Of a DNA stretch of 64,000 bases, positions 39,617-49,373 are shown one piece after another; position 1 is the stretch's first letter, and each line of letters begins with the position of its first letter. The notes under the pieces were generated by a model. It was not told where the DNA came from. It saw only the letters and a list, made by a program, of their open reading frames with translations, and did not search any database. Location of the stretch: the NCBI GenBank assembly GCA_963677485.1, contig OY781964.1:4832001-4896000 (forward strand), read 5' to 3'. A program made the translations under genes and the position numbers. Origin of the DNA: Armatimonadota bacterium. GTDB taxonomy: Bacteria; Armatimonadota; HRBIN16.

Positions 39617-41276
39617 TTAGTATCTTACCAACCATATTTTGAACACGGTGTATAGAATATTCTGATATTACGCACCACACAAAGCGTTAGGCACAACGAT
39701 CTGGCGAATAGCAAGTGCTGCCATGATGATACGCTTGCCAAGTGCAGTGAGGTAGTATTTGTAGCGTTTACCGCATTTTTTAACGAGCCGGAATACTCGG
39801 CATCGCTTGATGAAGTATGATATCTGAGAGCTGGACATCTGCGGTAAGGCTTTTTGAAGCATACGGTTTGTGATCCCGCTGATGCATCCCTCTCCGCGAG
39901 CAAGTGCAATGAGACATTCCAAATCCTTCTTGAGGAAAAGGTTGAATCCTCGATACGAGCGATGATCACGGGTGGTCGAGGTCGCGATTTTGATGATCTG
40001 ATGTTCACCATCGCTGTTGTCATCAAGGGCGGAAAGAAAGTCAAGATATCTGTTGTTTGCAGATAATAACAGTTCCCTCAATGGAGGAAGGCTGTAGATG
40101 GTCTTTTGCATAGGGGCGTATTTAATCTCAGTCGTCCCATCATGATGTTCTACCTCACGGTAGTGTTTAAATTCAGAGACGTCATTCACAGTCGTCTCGA
40201 TACGCAAGATTATCCCTTGCTTGTCATACATTTTGATAGAAGCCCATCCCATGTAGTGTTTGATGCGCGTGCCTTGTATGCGGCGATCGAACTTGTAGTC
40301 AGTGCCGATCTCAGCGAGTGTTCGCCCATCAAGTTTCTTACCAAGAAACATCGCGATAGACTCTGGCGTTACCGTATGTATCGCTGTTTTGACTAGATTA
40401 TCGTAGATGGCTTTGAGGTCTTCGGCGCGTTTGAACACGATGTCTGTAGCATATTCCACCTGCATTAGCGACCAATGATATGAATTGTCAGCAAGCCGTA
40501 TCACGGGGCAATACATTCTGGCAAATGCATCCAGCGCATGGTGCAGCTTATCAGCAGGAAAAGCGTCTGCCAGCCTCTGAGCACAGCTAAAGTCGTCGAT
40601 TTTTACAAAGGCGTTGTCCAGTGGAGTGAAAACTACTCCCTCGGATTGAAGGCAATGCGCGAGATAATTGTGTCCATTACAATAGAATTGCAGACGGAAG
40701 GGCACCCAGGTCGGAACTCGTAGATAGCACAGTCCAAACTCTGCATCGATGAAATAGAAGTAGTAATGAAGACACTTGGTCTCCTTGATATTCAGCCGGG
40801 TTTTGTGGGTAATCTTGTCGTGCCACGGGGTGTATGCAGGACATTTTTCCAACACTGAGAATATGTGGACGAGACCGGGGTGACACCCTCGACTACTAAT
40901 GATCTCTTTGATGCGGTCTTCTTTTCGAAATGAAGAGGCACGGCGTATATACTCAATTTCAATGCTGTTGGTAACGGCAAGGCGTTCCGCATTGGCTTTG
41001 ATCTCATCTCGTAGAGGTTCGGCAAATTCCTTAGGAAAGTCAAATAGCCTGATGTTGCGTTGATGAAGATAGATGCCCATTCCGTCGCTATGACACCAGC
41101 CTGGGATTGTACCGGTGATAACTATGCGGTCGAAGCATGAATATACCCCAGCTATCTGCTTTGCATAGCGTTCTTGAAGTGATGTCATTCTGGGCAACCT
41201 CACGAAAGGGTGTTTGAATGTATATTACGTGGCGAATGCAATCATTCCTTTTTTGGTTGCGGCTAAGCCGCCTTAG
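39617..41276 (-). mobile_element. Putative IS-like element without terminal inverted repeats, bounded by a repeated CTAA core and a terminal palindrome
   Basis: One large ORF; similar flanks ccgcattagtatcttac (39612-39628) and ccgccttaggtatcatac (41268-41285); palindrome gcggct-a-agccgc at 41259-41271. Confidence 0.55.
39668..41188 (-). CDS. Putative transposase/Rep_trans-like protein with a C-terminal winged helix
   Basis: SCFDRIVITG, CLHYYFYFID, FYCNGH, QVEYATDIVF, IKMYDK...LRIETTVND and KYYLTALG motifs; GAGG RBS before ATG 41188. Confidence 0.7.
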   Translation of the reverse strand: MTSLQERYAKQIAGVYSCFDRIVITGTIPGWCHSDGMGIYLHQRNIRLFDFPKEFAEPLRDEIKANAERLAVTNSIEIEYIRRASSFRKEDRIKEIISSRGCHPGLVHIFSVLEKCPAYTPWHDKITHKTRLNIKETKCLHYYFYFIDAEFGLCYLRVPTWVPFRLQFYCNGHNYLAHCLQSEGVVFTPLDNAFVKIDDFSCAQRLADAFPADKLHHALDAFARMYCPVIRLADNSYHWSLMQVEYATDIVFKRAEDLKAIYDNLVKTAIHTVTPESIAMFLGKKLDGRTLAEIGTDYKFDRRIQGTRIKHYMGWASIKMYDKQGIILRIETTVNDVSEFKHYREVEHHDGTTEIKYAPMQKTIYSLPPLRELLLSANNRYLDFLSALDDNSDGEHQIIKIATSTTRDHRSYRGFNLFLKKDLECLIALARGEGCISGITNRMLQKALPQMSSSQISYFIKRCRVFRLVKKCGKRYKYYLTALGKRIIMAALAIRQIVVPNALCGA

Positions 41277-41324
41277 GTATCATACGGACAAGGACACCAA
41301 TTCATCAGGTATTATCTACCGACT

Positions 41325-41370
41325 ATAAAACCAACCAGCCGGCAGGCACCATTGCAGCACCTGCCGGTTA
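41325..41370 (-). terminator. Terminator of the ABC transporter operon
   Basis: 8-bp stem ccggcagg/cctgccgg followed on the minus strand by tggttggtttt. Confidence 0.5.
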
Positions 41371-41385
41371 AGGAACCGCCCCGCC

Positions 41386-42165
41386 CTAGTTGGCGACGAT
41401 GATCTTGGTGAGCTCCTCGATGCTGGTTTCGTCGCGGCGCATCTCGCCGATGTTCCGGCCATGGCTGAGAATGACGAACCGATCGCAGGTCTGGTAGCCG
41501 TGGTACATGTTGTGGGTGACCAGCACGCTGGATATCCCCTCAGTCTTCAACTGCAGGATGTATTCCAGCGTCTTCTCGGTCTCTCGCACAGACAGCGCGC
41601 TGGTGGGCTCATCCAGCAGCAGTATCTTGTTCTTGAAGTGCACGGCCCGGGCCAACGCAACCGCCTGCTTTTGACCGCCTGAAAGGCCCTTCACGATCTG
41701 ACTGGGGGAGGTGATACCGGAGATGCCGACCGTGTGCTCCAGAACCTGCATCGCCTTCTCCCTCATGCTCTTGATCTTCATGAATCCCAGAAATCCCGTC
41801 TCCTCGCGACCCAGGAATATGTTGCGCATGATGTCCATCTGGTCGACCAGTGCGATGTCTTGGTAGATGGTCTCGATGCCAATCTGGTAGGAGTCCCGGC
41901 GTGAGCGGATCCGCACCTCTTTACCCTCGTGCAGGAACTTGCCCTCGGTGGGCTCCACCACGCCGGAGAGTATCTTGATGAGCGTGGACTTCCCTGCACC
42001 ATTGTCTCCAAGCAACCCGACCACTTCGCCTTCAGCGATGTGGAAGTCGATATTCTCCAGCGCCGTAACCGCACCGTAACGCTTGGTTAACCCCTTCAGC
42101 TCCACAAGCGGGGTCTTGCTGCCCTTGGCATCCTGCGCTTGAGATGCGCCTTGCTTATTTTCCAT
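41386..42165 (-). CDS. Monosaccharide ABC transporter ATP-binding protein
   Basis: GDNGAGKST, LSGGQKQ and LLDEPTSAL motifs. Confidence 0.92.
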   Translation of the reverse strand: MENKQGASQAQDAKGSKTPLVELKGLTKRYGAVTALENIDFHIAEGEVVGLLGDNGAGKSTLIKILSGVVEPTEGKFLHEGKEVRIRSRRDSYQIGIETIYQDIALVDQMDIMRNIFLGREETGFLGFMKIKSMREKAMQVLEHTVGISGITSPSQIVKGLSGGQKQAVALARAVHFKNKILLLDEPTSALSVRETEKTLEYILQLKTEGISSVLVTHNMYHGYQTCDRFVILSHGRNIGEMRRDETSIEELTKIIVAN

Positions 42166-42169
42166 CTCG

Positions 42170-43144
42170 CTAACCCCTATCCTTCTTGGAGGACCTGTTA
42201 AAAATGACCGCGACAATGATGAGGATGCCCATGAACAGGTCCAGATAGGTTCCTGGAGCCCGCAGGAGCAGTAGCACATCCTGGATGGTGTAGAGAAGCG
42301 CGGCTCCCAAGAATATCCCCAGGATGCTGCCCTCCCCGCCCAGCAGGCTGACGCCGCCAATGACACACGCTGCGATGGCTTGCAGTTCCAGTCCCTTGCC
42401 TTGGTCTGGAGAGACGGAATAGACACGCGCGGTGCTGATCACACCTGCGAAGGCGGCCAGCAGACCCACGATGACAAAGCAGATCATCTTCACGGCATCT
42501 GGATACACGCCGATCGCTTTAGCGGATTCTTTGTTGCCGCCCACACCGAAGATGTGGTTGCCGATCTTGTGACGTTCGAGCAGCAGATAACCCAGCACGG
42601 CAATCAAAATCGCCCAGAGCATTTGGGCCTGCATGGGTCCCATTGAGCCCGCGAAAATCGCCTCAAACGACCCGCCAGGGTTCATAGAGGCCGACTCGTT
42701 GCCCGAGAGTATCTGCAGCATCCCCCGCCAAAACATCATCGCTCCGAGCGTCGCGATGAAGGACGGAATCTTTGTTTTGAGCGTAATCACACCGTTAATG
42801 AAGCCGATGAACGCACCCACCGCCAGCGCGATCAACATCGCCGGCCACACCGATAGCCCACAGGCGTAGGCGAATGCCATGATATAGGCCGTAAATGCGA
42901 AGTTGCTGCCCACAGACAAATCAAACTCGCCTGCGATCATCAGTATCCCCACGCCCACCGAAAGGATTGCCAGCGGGGGGATACTCTTAAGCTGAGTCTG
43001 GATATTGGTCAAGCTGGTGTATGCAAACCGGTCGCCGAAGATCAGCGAGGCGATGATGCACACAGCCTGAACCACCAGAAACACGATCAGGATGTTACCG
43101 GTCTTGCCAGTAAACAGCCGGTGCAAGGCAGACTTCATATTCAC
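42170..43144 (-). CDS. Monosaccharide ABC transporter permease (RbsC-like)
   Basis: GEFDLSVGS, IPSFIATLG and ELQAIAACVIGG motifs. Confidence 0.92.
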   Translation of the reverse strand: MNMKSALHRLFTGKTGNILIVFLVVQAVCIIASLIFGDRFAYTSLTNIQTQLKSIPPLAILSVGVGILMIAGEFDLSVGSNFAFTAYIMAFAYACGLSVWPAMLIALAVGAFIGFINGVITLKTKIPSFIATLGAMMFWRGMLQILSGNESASMNPGGSFEAIFAGSMGPMQAQMLWAILIAVLGYLLLERHKIGNHIFGVGGNKESAKAIGVYPDAVKMICFVIVGLLAAFAGVISTARVYSVSPDQGKGLELQAIAACVIGGVSLLGGEGSILGIFLGAALLYTIQDVLLLLRAPGTYLDLFMGILIIVAVIFNRSSKKDRG

Positions 43145-43149
43145 TGCGC

Positions 43150-44160
43150 CTATCGCACGCTGTCCGCGAGTTCCATCACCCGCTGCACGTTACTCTTGTC
43201 GACCATCGCGCCACCGGTGTTAATGTCGCATGGCAGGAGCCCGTATTTACGGCAGTAATAGAGCTGAGTGACCGTAAGATAGCCCTGGTAAAAAGGCTGC
43301 TGGTCAACGGTAGCGATGGACTTGCCGTCTTTGATGTTCTGGGCGATACGACGGGTGATGTCAAATCCCGCATTCGGGATATTTAACCCGACATCTTTGA
43401 TAGCCTGAGGGGCCATCTCCATCGGCATTCCGCCCATCGCCATGACCGCTGCGGTTTCTTTACGCCCCAGAAGATACTGTGTCAGCTTGGTCAGCGTGTC
43501 TTCAAGCGAAATCCCGCCGGTGTTGAGCACTTCGGACTTCACGCCAACCTCATCGAGTGCCTTCTTTACGCCGTTATAGCGCTGCTTGGCGTAGATGGCT
43601 TCGGGATGCTCCACAGGGCACACCACCATGTCGCCGGCTTTCAGCTTGCCATCGGTGATCAGCCGCTTAGTGATAAGGTAGCCTGCGGTGGTCATGTCCT
43701 GGCCGATGTAAGCGTAGCGCGCGTTGCCGGCCTTCCCCTTGGAGTCGTCGATGTTAAACGCGATCACCGGAATGCCAGCATCGATCGCCTTCTTTACCGA
43801 CTGATCATATGCATCATCGAGATTAATGACCACACCCAAGCCGTCCACTTTGTTAGAGACAGCAGTCTCAATGATGTCATTCTCGCGAGCGGAGTCATTG
43901 TTGGCGAACTGAATATCTACGCTGCTGCCAAGCTGTGCCGCTGCCTCATTAGCGCCGGCCACCACTTTGGTAAAGAATGGGTTTCCGGCTGTGCCGAAGA
44001 TCACCATCGTGAACTTGTAGCCAGAGGCTTTGGACGCGCTCGGTGCTCCAGTTTGGGTGCCTGTTCCGATCCCACCAGCTCTTTCGCGGGCGTGTCGGTC
44101 ACACCCGCTGGCACAACAGGTGGCGATGATCAATGCAGCAACTAACAGTCGGTTCTTCAT
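43150..44160 (-). CDS. Sugar ABC transporter substrate-binding lipoprotein (RbsB-like)
   Basis: Lipobox ASGC; NPFF, GIPVIAFN, YIGQD and VDQQPFYQGY motifs. Confidence 0.9.
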   Translation of the reverse strand: MKNRLLVAALIIATCCASGCDRHARERAGGIGTGTQTGAPSASKASGYKFTMVIFGTAGNPFFTKVVAGANEAAAQLGSSVDIQFANNDSARENDIIETAVSNKVDGLGVVINLDDAYDQSVKKAIDAGIPVIAFNIDDSKGKAGNARYAYIGQDMTTAGYLITKRLITDGKLKAGDMVVCPVEHPEAIYAKQRYNGVKKALDEVGVKSEVLNTGGISLEDTLTKLTQYLLGRKETAAVMAMGGMPMEMAPQAIKDVGLNIPNAGFDITRRIAQNIKDGKSIATVDQQPFYQGYLTVTQLYYCRKYGLLPCDINTGGAMVDKSNVQRVMELADSVR

Positions 44161-44177
44161 TTTGATGCGTCTCCCAA

Positions 44178-45413
44178 TCACTTTCCGTATTTGTCGATGA
44201 GCTGGTTCAGTCGGGTGCGATAGTACAGGAAGTCTTCCCACTTCACATCTGGCGGGATAAAGTGGTCGCCGAAGGGCACATATCCGCCCGTCTTCAGCAC
44301 CTTCTCCACTGGCTCCAGGATCGTATCGATGGCCTGCTTACCCTTGGCGATTTCAGATTTCGGAATTCCGCCGAAAATCTGAAGCTCAGGGTATTGTTCA
44401 CGAACCTTCACGATGTCCATCCCGCAATGAGCTTCAAAGGGATACATACCGGTCACGCCAGCTTCAATATAGAGCGGGATCAAAGAGTTGCAGTCCCCGT
44501 CCGTGTCCAGCAGTATGATCTTCACACCGCGGCCCTTGAGGAATTCGGTAATGCGCTTGTAATACGGCAGCATGAACTCGCGCACCATTTTCGGTGAGAC
44601 CATGGGGCCTTTCCCAAAAGAGATATCTTCCCAGAAGTGGATGTGGTCTACGTCTACTTCAGCTAATACCTCTTCGAACACGGCCAGCCAAAGCTCGGTG
44701 AATGTGCTTTGGATGTCGTGAATCAGCTCGGGATCATCAAAATAGGTGTTGAAGAGTTTCTCGTAGCCCATCACGTGGCTGGGAGTACCGAACAGTCCAA
44801 ATGGGTAGCCACCTAAGGCCAGTGGATAGTCGCGGTTGTTATATTGCTTCACCAGATCCGCCCAGTTCGCAGGGAACCGGTCTTTGAGATTCCTCAGGTT
44901 CAATCGTTCGGATTTAATCTTTTCCCACGAATCTCGATCGTAAATCGGCCAATCCATGCCGGCAGGGATGGTGGCCTGCTGCTTAAGGAACTTACGAGTC
45001 ACTCCATCGATATCTGTGTAAGTGAGGGAGCTCTCATCCTCTGCGTCGACCCGGGGCTCGAACATGGGACAGAACAACAGATTAACATCCACCATCTGCT
45101 GGGTCTGATCCATTTTAAAGTAATCGCGCACATCGGTATCCAGCGGAAAGCCCTGCGTGGGCCAGTAAAGCCCCCCACCCATCACGCCGATGCCGTTTGG
45201 CAGCACGGTCTTGCTCTGGCAAGTCCAAGCTGGAATATACAGTGATGAGGTGGGTGTTGAGACTGTCTGCGGAAGAGCAGGATAGTTATGACACGGGAGG
45301 CCAGCCTCGTAGAAGTTTTTGATTGTTTCGCCCCAATAACCAAACTCCCACTTCACCGTGCGGACGCCAGTGTTAAAACTCATGACCTCTATGAAACGTT
45401 CCCTAGTATTCAT
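44178..45413 (-). CDS. Uroporphyrinogen decarboxylase/MtaA-superfamily protein of unknown function
   Basis: MNTRERF, MGYEKL...DDPELI, FWEDI...GPMVSP, LDTDGD, GGIPK and GGYVPFGDHFIPPDV motifs. Confidence 0.8.
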   Translation of the reverse strand: MNTRERFIEVMSFNTGVRTVKWEFGYWGETIKNFYEAGLPCHNYPALPQTVSTPTSSLYIPAWTCQSKTVLPNGIGVMGGGLYWPTQGFPLDTDVRDYFKMDQTQQMVDVNLLFCPMFEPRVDAEDESSLTYTDIDGVTRKFLKQQATIPAGMDWPIYDRDSWEKIKSERLNLRNLKDRFPANWADLVKQYNNRDYPLALGGYPFGLFGTPSHVMGYEKLFNTYFDDPELIHDIQSTFTELWLAVFEEVLAEVDVDHIHFWEDISFGKGPMVSPKMVREFMLPYYKRITEFLKGRGVKIILLDTDGDCNSLIPLYIEAGVTGMYPFEAHCGMDIVKVREQYPELQIFGGIPKSEIAKGKQAIDTILEPVEKVLKTGGYVPFGDHFIPPDVKWEDFLYYRTRLNQLIDKYGK

Positions 45414-45444
45414 TTCAGAGTCTCCGTAACTGCATAGATGCTCA

Positions 45445-45473
45445 ATGTTACCCCAACTCCCCGCGATTGTCAA
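45445..45473 (-). promoter_or_regulatory. Sigma70 promoter of the UroD-ABC operon
   Basis: TTGACA-N17-TAACAT on the minus strand, about 30 nt upstream of the start. Confidence 0.65.
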
Positions 45474-45494
45474 GCAGTCGTTTTCGCACAACTC

Positions 45495-47573
45495 TCATGG
45501 ATGAGCCACGATAGAGGCATCTGATCCCTTGCCGAGCTTAAGCGTCAATCGGCCTGGCAGTTTGAAGTTAACTTTCAGTATCTGTGTGGCCGGGTTGTAT
45601 TCCGCTTCACCGCCCTCGCAGCTCTCGAAGCTATCTGTGAACGCCACCAGCTCCGCATCACCTTTTAGCGATGGGTGGAAAGTAAGATCGAAACTTCGGT
45701 CGGAATAGAACACAGGAGCGGGAGCCATGTTTTTTGCGCTCTTGATCAAGTCGAGTGTGAACAGATGACGTCGAGACTTGATGTCCCTACCGCAGTAAAG
45801 AAGGTTGGCTTTATATTCATCATCGGCGTTGCACCATCTTTGAATCCCGCAGCGATCCGCCACGGCACGTAGCTCCGGCATCATTGTATCTACAAACCGT
45901 ACCCCCTTCGAATCTTTGATCTCTGTATCCGCAGGTGTCAGGTATAGGATGACACGGCCTTTGCCCATTGTCTCTTCAATCTTGTCAACCGCACCGCGCT
46001 TCGCTGCTTCGAGTTTAGCTACAGGAACCATGCCAGCAAAACCCGGTGTAGGCGTGAGGGACCGATCTGCCTCGACCGTATATGCCAGACAGCCTTCGCC
46101 AAAGCCCAGTAACGTACCACCAGCTTTGACCCATAGTTGTATGGCCTTAACCGCCTTGCGGGAGGTGACTGTCACAGAGGAGTTCGCAATGACCAGCAGC
46201 TTCCGGCCTTTCAGACCGCCGTCCTCCACCATAGCGTCGTCCACCACATCGGGTGATCCCAGCGCGCGGCCCCAGGACGGGTAGCCGCTTTCGGTGGTCC
46301 AGAGCGTGTTCGTGGTGTCATACAGATTAACCGAATCGCCGTTAGCATGATTCGGCCGGTACCAGGAGGTCATATAGGAATGGAACATCGCCACATCGCT
46401 CTTGCGGCCTTTGGTCTGGTAGCGCAAAACCAGGGGTGCCAGATTCGTCCAGGTCTGAGAGAACCAGTGCTTCTCGTCGAACAACTCGCCAAGGTGGGCC
46501 AAATGAATGTAGTCGGCACCGGTTGCAAACGCATTCAACACGTCGACATACTGGTGAAACAGGGTCAGGAACGGCGGGCCGATATGCTCCTGCATACGCT
46601 TGACATCATATTGCATACAGGCAGATTGGGCGTAACGCATCGCGAACAGGGTTTCACCATCGGTTCCGTTGAAGAACGCAGGCTTAACTTTACCCAGCAT
46701 CCGTATCACCGGCCCGTAGTTGCCCAATGCCTGCCCCTGGTTGAAGCCGACGCCTGGTCCACCGATCATCGCACCGATCGGCTTGTCTGTCTCCGCTCGG
46801 ACGGTCTCCAGACTGCGTCGTGTGACCTCGTCAAGCCACCAGTTATACCAATGTATGAAATCCGACCATTCCTGGCGCCCATCTATTCCACTCGTCCCGG
46901 CTACAGGTCCTTCCTGTGGCATGATCTCATCCCATGAAATAACAGGCCTGCCCCACGCTTTGGAGAGCGCGGCCAAGTCATCGTGATAGGTGCGTGCCAG
47001 CCAATGCCGGTAGTTGACCTTGGCAGCACGTCCAAAGACGGCATACCCCCCAGCCGTAGACGCAGGGTAATGGACCTCGCCATACATGCTGATGGGTGAC
47101 GAAACCAGAACGGACGTGATCCATGGACTGTTGACGACCGGCCGGACTTTCTTCCGAAGATACTCCGCGAAGCGGTCAGGTACGGTCTCATGGAACACGG
47201 CACTCTCAATGCCCTCGCCGGTTCGGTTGCCTTTGGAGTCCTGGTCCATGTCTTCGGCAGTTAATCCTAGACCGGCTATCAGTTCGGCACCCGATGGCCG
47301 GTTGGGGCAGAGCACCGTCACCATACCCGCTCTAAACAGGTTCTCGCCGACCACCGGATCCAGGTCGTATGACGATGTGAAACCCACGCCGAGTTTGAGC
47401 AGTTTCGCGAGCTGCTCCTGGTCTTTGCCTGGCCATATCCAGTTGCCGAGTCTGGGCATCTCCGGTGTCTTTGGTTTGGGTGTTGCCGCATACGCCATTC
47501 CTGACGATGCAAGCAGAATGCAGATTGCCATGATGATAATGACTGCGTGCAAAGACCGATCCCCCAAGCTCAT
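45495..47573 (-). CDS. Secreted GH42/beta-galactosidase-like protein with a class I GATase-like trimerisation domain
   Basis: YRHWLARTYHDDLAALSKAWG and WSDFIHWY motifs; WVKAGGTLL and GKGRVI in the C-terminal domain; signal peptide; AGGAGA RBS. Confidence 0.65.
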   Translation of the reverse strand: MSLGDRSLHAVIIIMAICILLASSGMAYAATPKPKTPEMPRLGNWIWPGKDQEQLAKLLKLGVGFTSSYDLDPVVGENLFRAGMVTVLCPNRPSGAELIAGLGLTAEDMDQDSKGNRTGEGIESAVFHETVPDRFAEYLRKKVRPVVNSPWITSVLVSSPISMYGEVHYPASTAGGYAVFGRAAKVNYRHWLARTYHDDLAALSKAWGRPVISWDEIMPQEGPVAGTSGIDGRQEWSDFIHWYNWWLDEVTRRSLETVRAETDKPIGAMIGGPGVGFNQGQALGNYGPVIRMLGKVKPAFFNGTDGETLFAMRYAQSACMQYDVKRMQEHIGPPFLTLFHQYVDVLNAFATGADYIHLAHLGELFDEKHWFSQTWTNLAPLVLRYQTKGRKSDVAMFHSYMTSWYRPNHANGDSVNLYDTTNTLWTTESGYPSWGRALGSPDVVDDAMVEDGGLKGRKLLVIANSSVTVTSRKAVKAIQLWVKAGGTLLGFGEGCLAYTVEADRSLTPTPGFAGMVPVAKLEAAKRGAVDKIEETMGKGRVILYLTPADTEIKDSKGVRFVDTMMPELRAVADRCGIQRWCNADDEYKANLLYCGRDIKSRRHLFTLDLIKSAKNMAPAPVFYSDRSFDLTFHPSLKGDAELVAFTDSFESCEGGEAEYNPATQILKVNFKLPGRLTLKLGKGSDASIVAHP

Positions 47574-47604
47574 TGTGGTGTCTCCTGAAGTGTGCTGATG
47601 ATCA

Positions 47605-47633
47605 ATGCTACAAAAACCCATGACGTTTGTCAA
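47605..47633 (-). promoter_or_regulatory. Sigma70 promoter of the GH42-like gene
   Basis: TTGACA-N17-TAGCAT on the minus strand. Confidence 0.65.
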
Positions 47634-47758
47634 CGCACATTGGTACAAAAGCACGATATGCAGTGTGACTACTCCATATAAGAATGCTGCTATTAACTTG
47701 TTAACAATACGAACGGGGATGTCGTCCCTACGGACAAGCTTACGTTCGGTCATATACC

Positions 47759-47782
47759 CTTCGCGCCTTCGCGTCTTCGCGT
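47759..47782. repeat. Three tandem copies of an 8-bp unit (CTTCGCGY)
   Basis: cttcgcgc cttcgcgt cttcgcgt in intergenic DNA. Confidence 0.75.
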
Positions 47783-48121
47783 GACAATGAATCATTTGTG
47801 TCGATGCGTGGTTACCGGCCTTATACCCAATCCGGTCATGACTGTTCTGCGTCATCTGTGGATGAAAACCTCACCTCGCGTATTAATAGCCCCACTGAAA
47901 CCTCTCCATATACCCGTTATGTTAAAATGGAACTACTATGGCACGGATAAAACAAACCCCATCACAAGAAGACCGCAAGCGCACCCGCTACGGGTGGAAA
48001 CTTTTCGTCGTGATTCTGCTCTTCATCGGCATCTGGTGGGCTGCATGGGGCCAGTTCCAAGGCAAATCGGTGCCAGCCATACAATACCACTACACGGACC
48101 AGGAGCATACGAAGTAATAAT

Positions 48122-49192
48122 ATGAATGTCGGCATTATCGGGCTAGCGCAGTCTGGCAAAACTACCCTTTTCCAGGCTCTACTCAGGGGTGCACCATCGG
48201 GCAATATGCCGGGTGTTCCTGGAGCTATCCAAGGTGCCGTCATCGTTCCTGATCCCAGGTTTGATTTCATGGTGGATGTCTACCATCCCAAAAAGATATC
48301 GCCAGCATCCGTGCAGTTTGTAGACGGAGCCGCTCGCATCAGCACGGAAAGCCGAGGCAGCGGGTTTGGTTCCGACTTCTTCAGCGGCATCCGCCAGACC
48401 GATGCCCTTCTTCACGTCATTGATGCCTTTAGCGGCACCATCGATGCGGTAACAGCTGCCCGAAAAGTGGACGAAGAACTTCTTCTTGCTGACCTGACCT
48501 TGATTGAAACTCGCCTGGAACGGCTGGAAAAGTCACTCAAGATTCGAAAGAACAATCCGGTAGATCAGGCGGAATGCGATGCGCTCACCGCGTTCAAGCA
48601 GATTTTGGAGCAGGAGATACCGCTTCGCAACGCCGAGATCGACCCTGAACACGACAAGATCACTAAGGGCTTCACTTTCCTGACTCTCAAACCCATGATC
48701 GTAGTTGCCAATGTGGATGAAGAGCATGTCACCCAAAGCAACGAACAACTTGATGCACTCAAAGCTTACTGCACCGAACGAAACCAGGAGCTTCTATGCC
48801 TCTGTGCCTCCCTTGAGCACGACATTTCCGAGGTGGCCCCTGAGGAAGAGCAAGACTACCTCGCTGCAATGGGCTTGGTAGAACCAGCTCGTGCCTTGCT
48901 GATCCGCGCAGCGTATAAGGCATTAGGATATATGACCTTCTTCACCTGCGGCGAAAGCGAGGTCCACGCCTGGACCATCCGCCGAGACAGCACCGCGGTG
49001 GAGTGCGCCGGACGCATCCATAGCGACCTAGCCCGCGGGTTCATCAGGCTGGAGGTCGTCACCTTTGACAGGCTCAAGGAGCTTGGAAGCTGGGAGCTCG
49101 CGAAATCTGCCAGTGCCATACGTCTTGAAGTGAAAGACTATGTCGTTCAGGATGGCGACGTCGTCTATGTGCGGTTCAAGGTCTCGAACTAG
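48122..49192 (+). CDS. ychF: YchF/Obg-like ATPase (divergent) with a C-terminal TGS-like domain
   Basis: GLAQSGKTTLF, VPDPR, LTLKPMIVVANVDE, TFFTCG, AGRIHSDLARGFIR and KDYVVQDGDV motifs. Confidence 0.8.
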   Translation: MNVGIIGLAQSGKTTLFQALLRGAPSGNMPGVPGAIQGAVIVPDPRFDFMVDVYHPKKISPASVQFVDGAARISTESRGSGFGSDFFSGIRQTDALLHVIDAFSGTIDAVTAARKVDEELLLADLTLIETRLERLEKSLKIRKNNPVDQAECDALTAFKQILEQEIPLRNAEIDPEHDKITKGFTFLTLKPMIVVANVDEEHVTQSNEQLDALKAYCTERNQELLCLCASLEHDISEVAPEEEQDYLAAMGLVEPARALLIRAAYKALGYMTFFTCGESEVHAWTIRRDSTAVECAGRIHSDLARGFIRLEVVTFDRLKELGSWELAKSASAIRLEVKDYVVQDGDVVYVRFKVSN

Positions 49193-49210
49193 TTAACAAC
49201 TCTTGTAGTG

Positions 49211-49233
49211 AGCCCGCATTCGCTGCGGGCTTA
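49211..49233 (+). terminator. Stem-loop after ychF
   Basis: agcccgca-ttcgc-tgcgggct, 8-bp stem. Confidence 0.6.
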
Positions 49234-49373
49234 ACCCCCTTTGTAATAGTCGGCTTGAATTTATACCGGCCCTCATGTACCCTTAATTGATGCAGCTCTG
49301 TTTCTTTGAGACGGCAACCAGAAAACCCCTCACAGGCTGCCTGGCCAACACACAATGGAGGATATCAACCATA

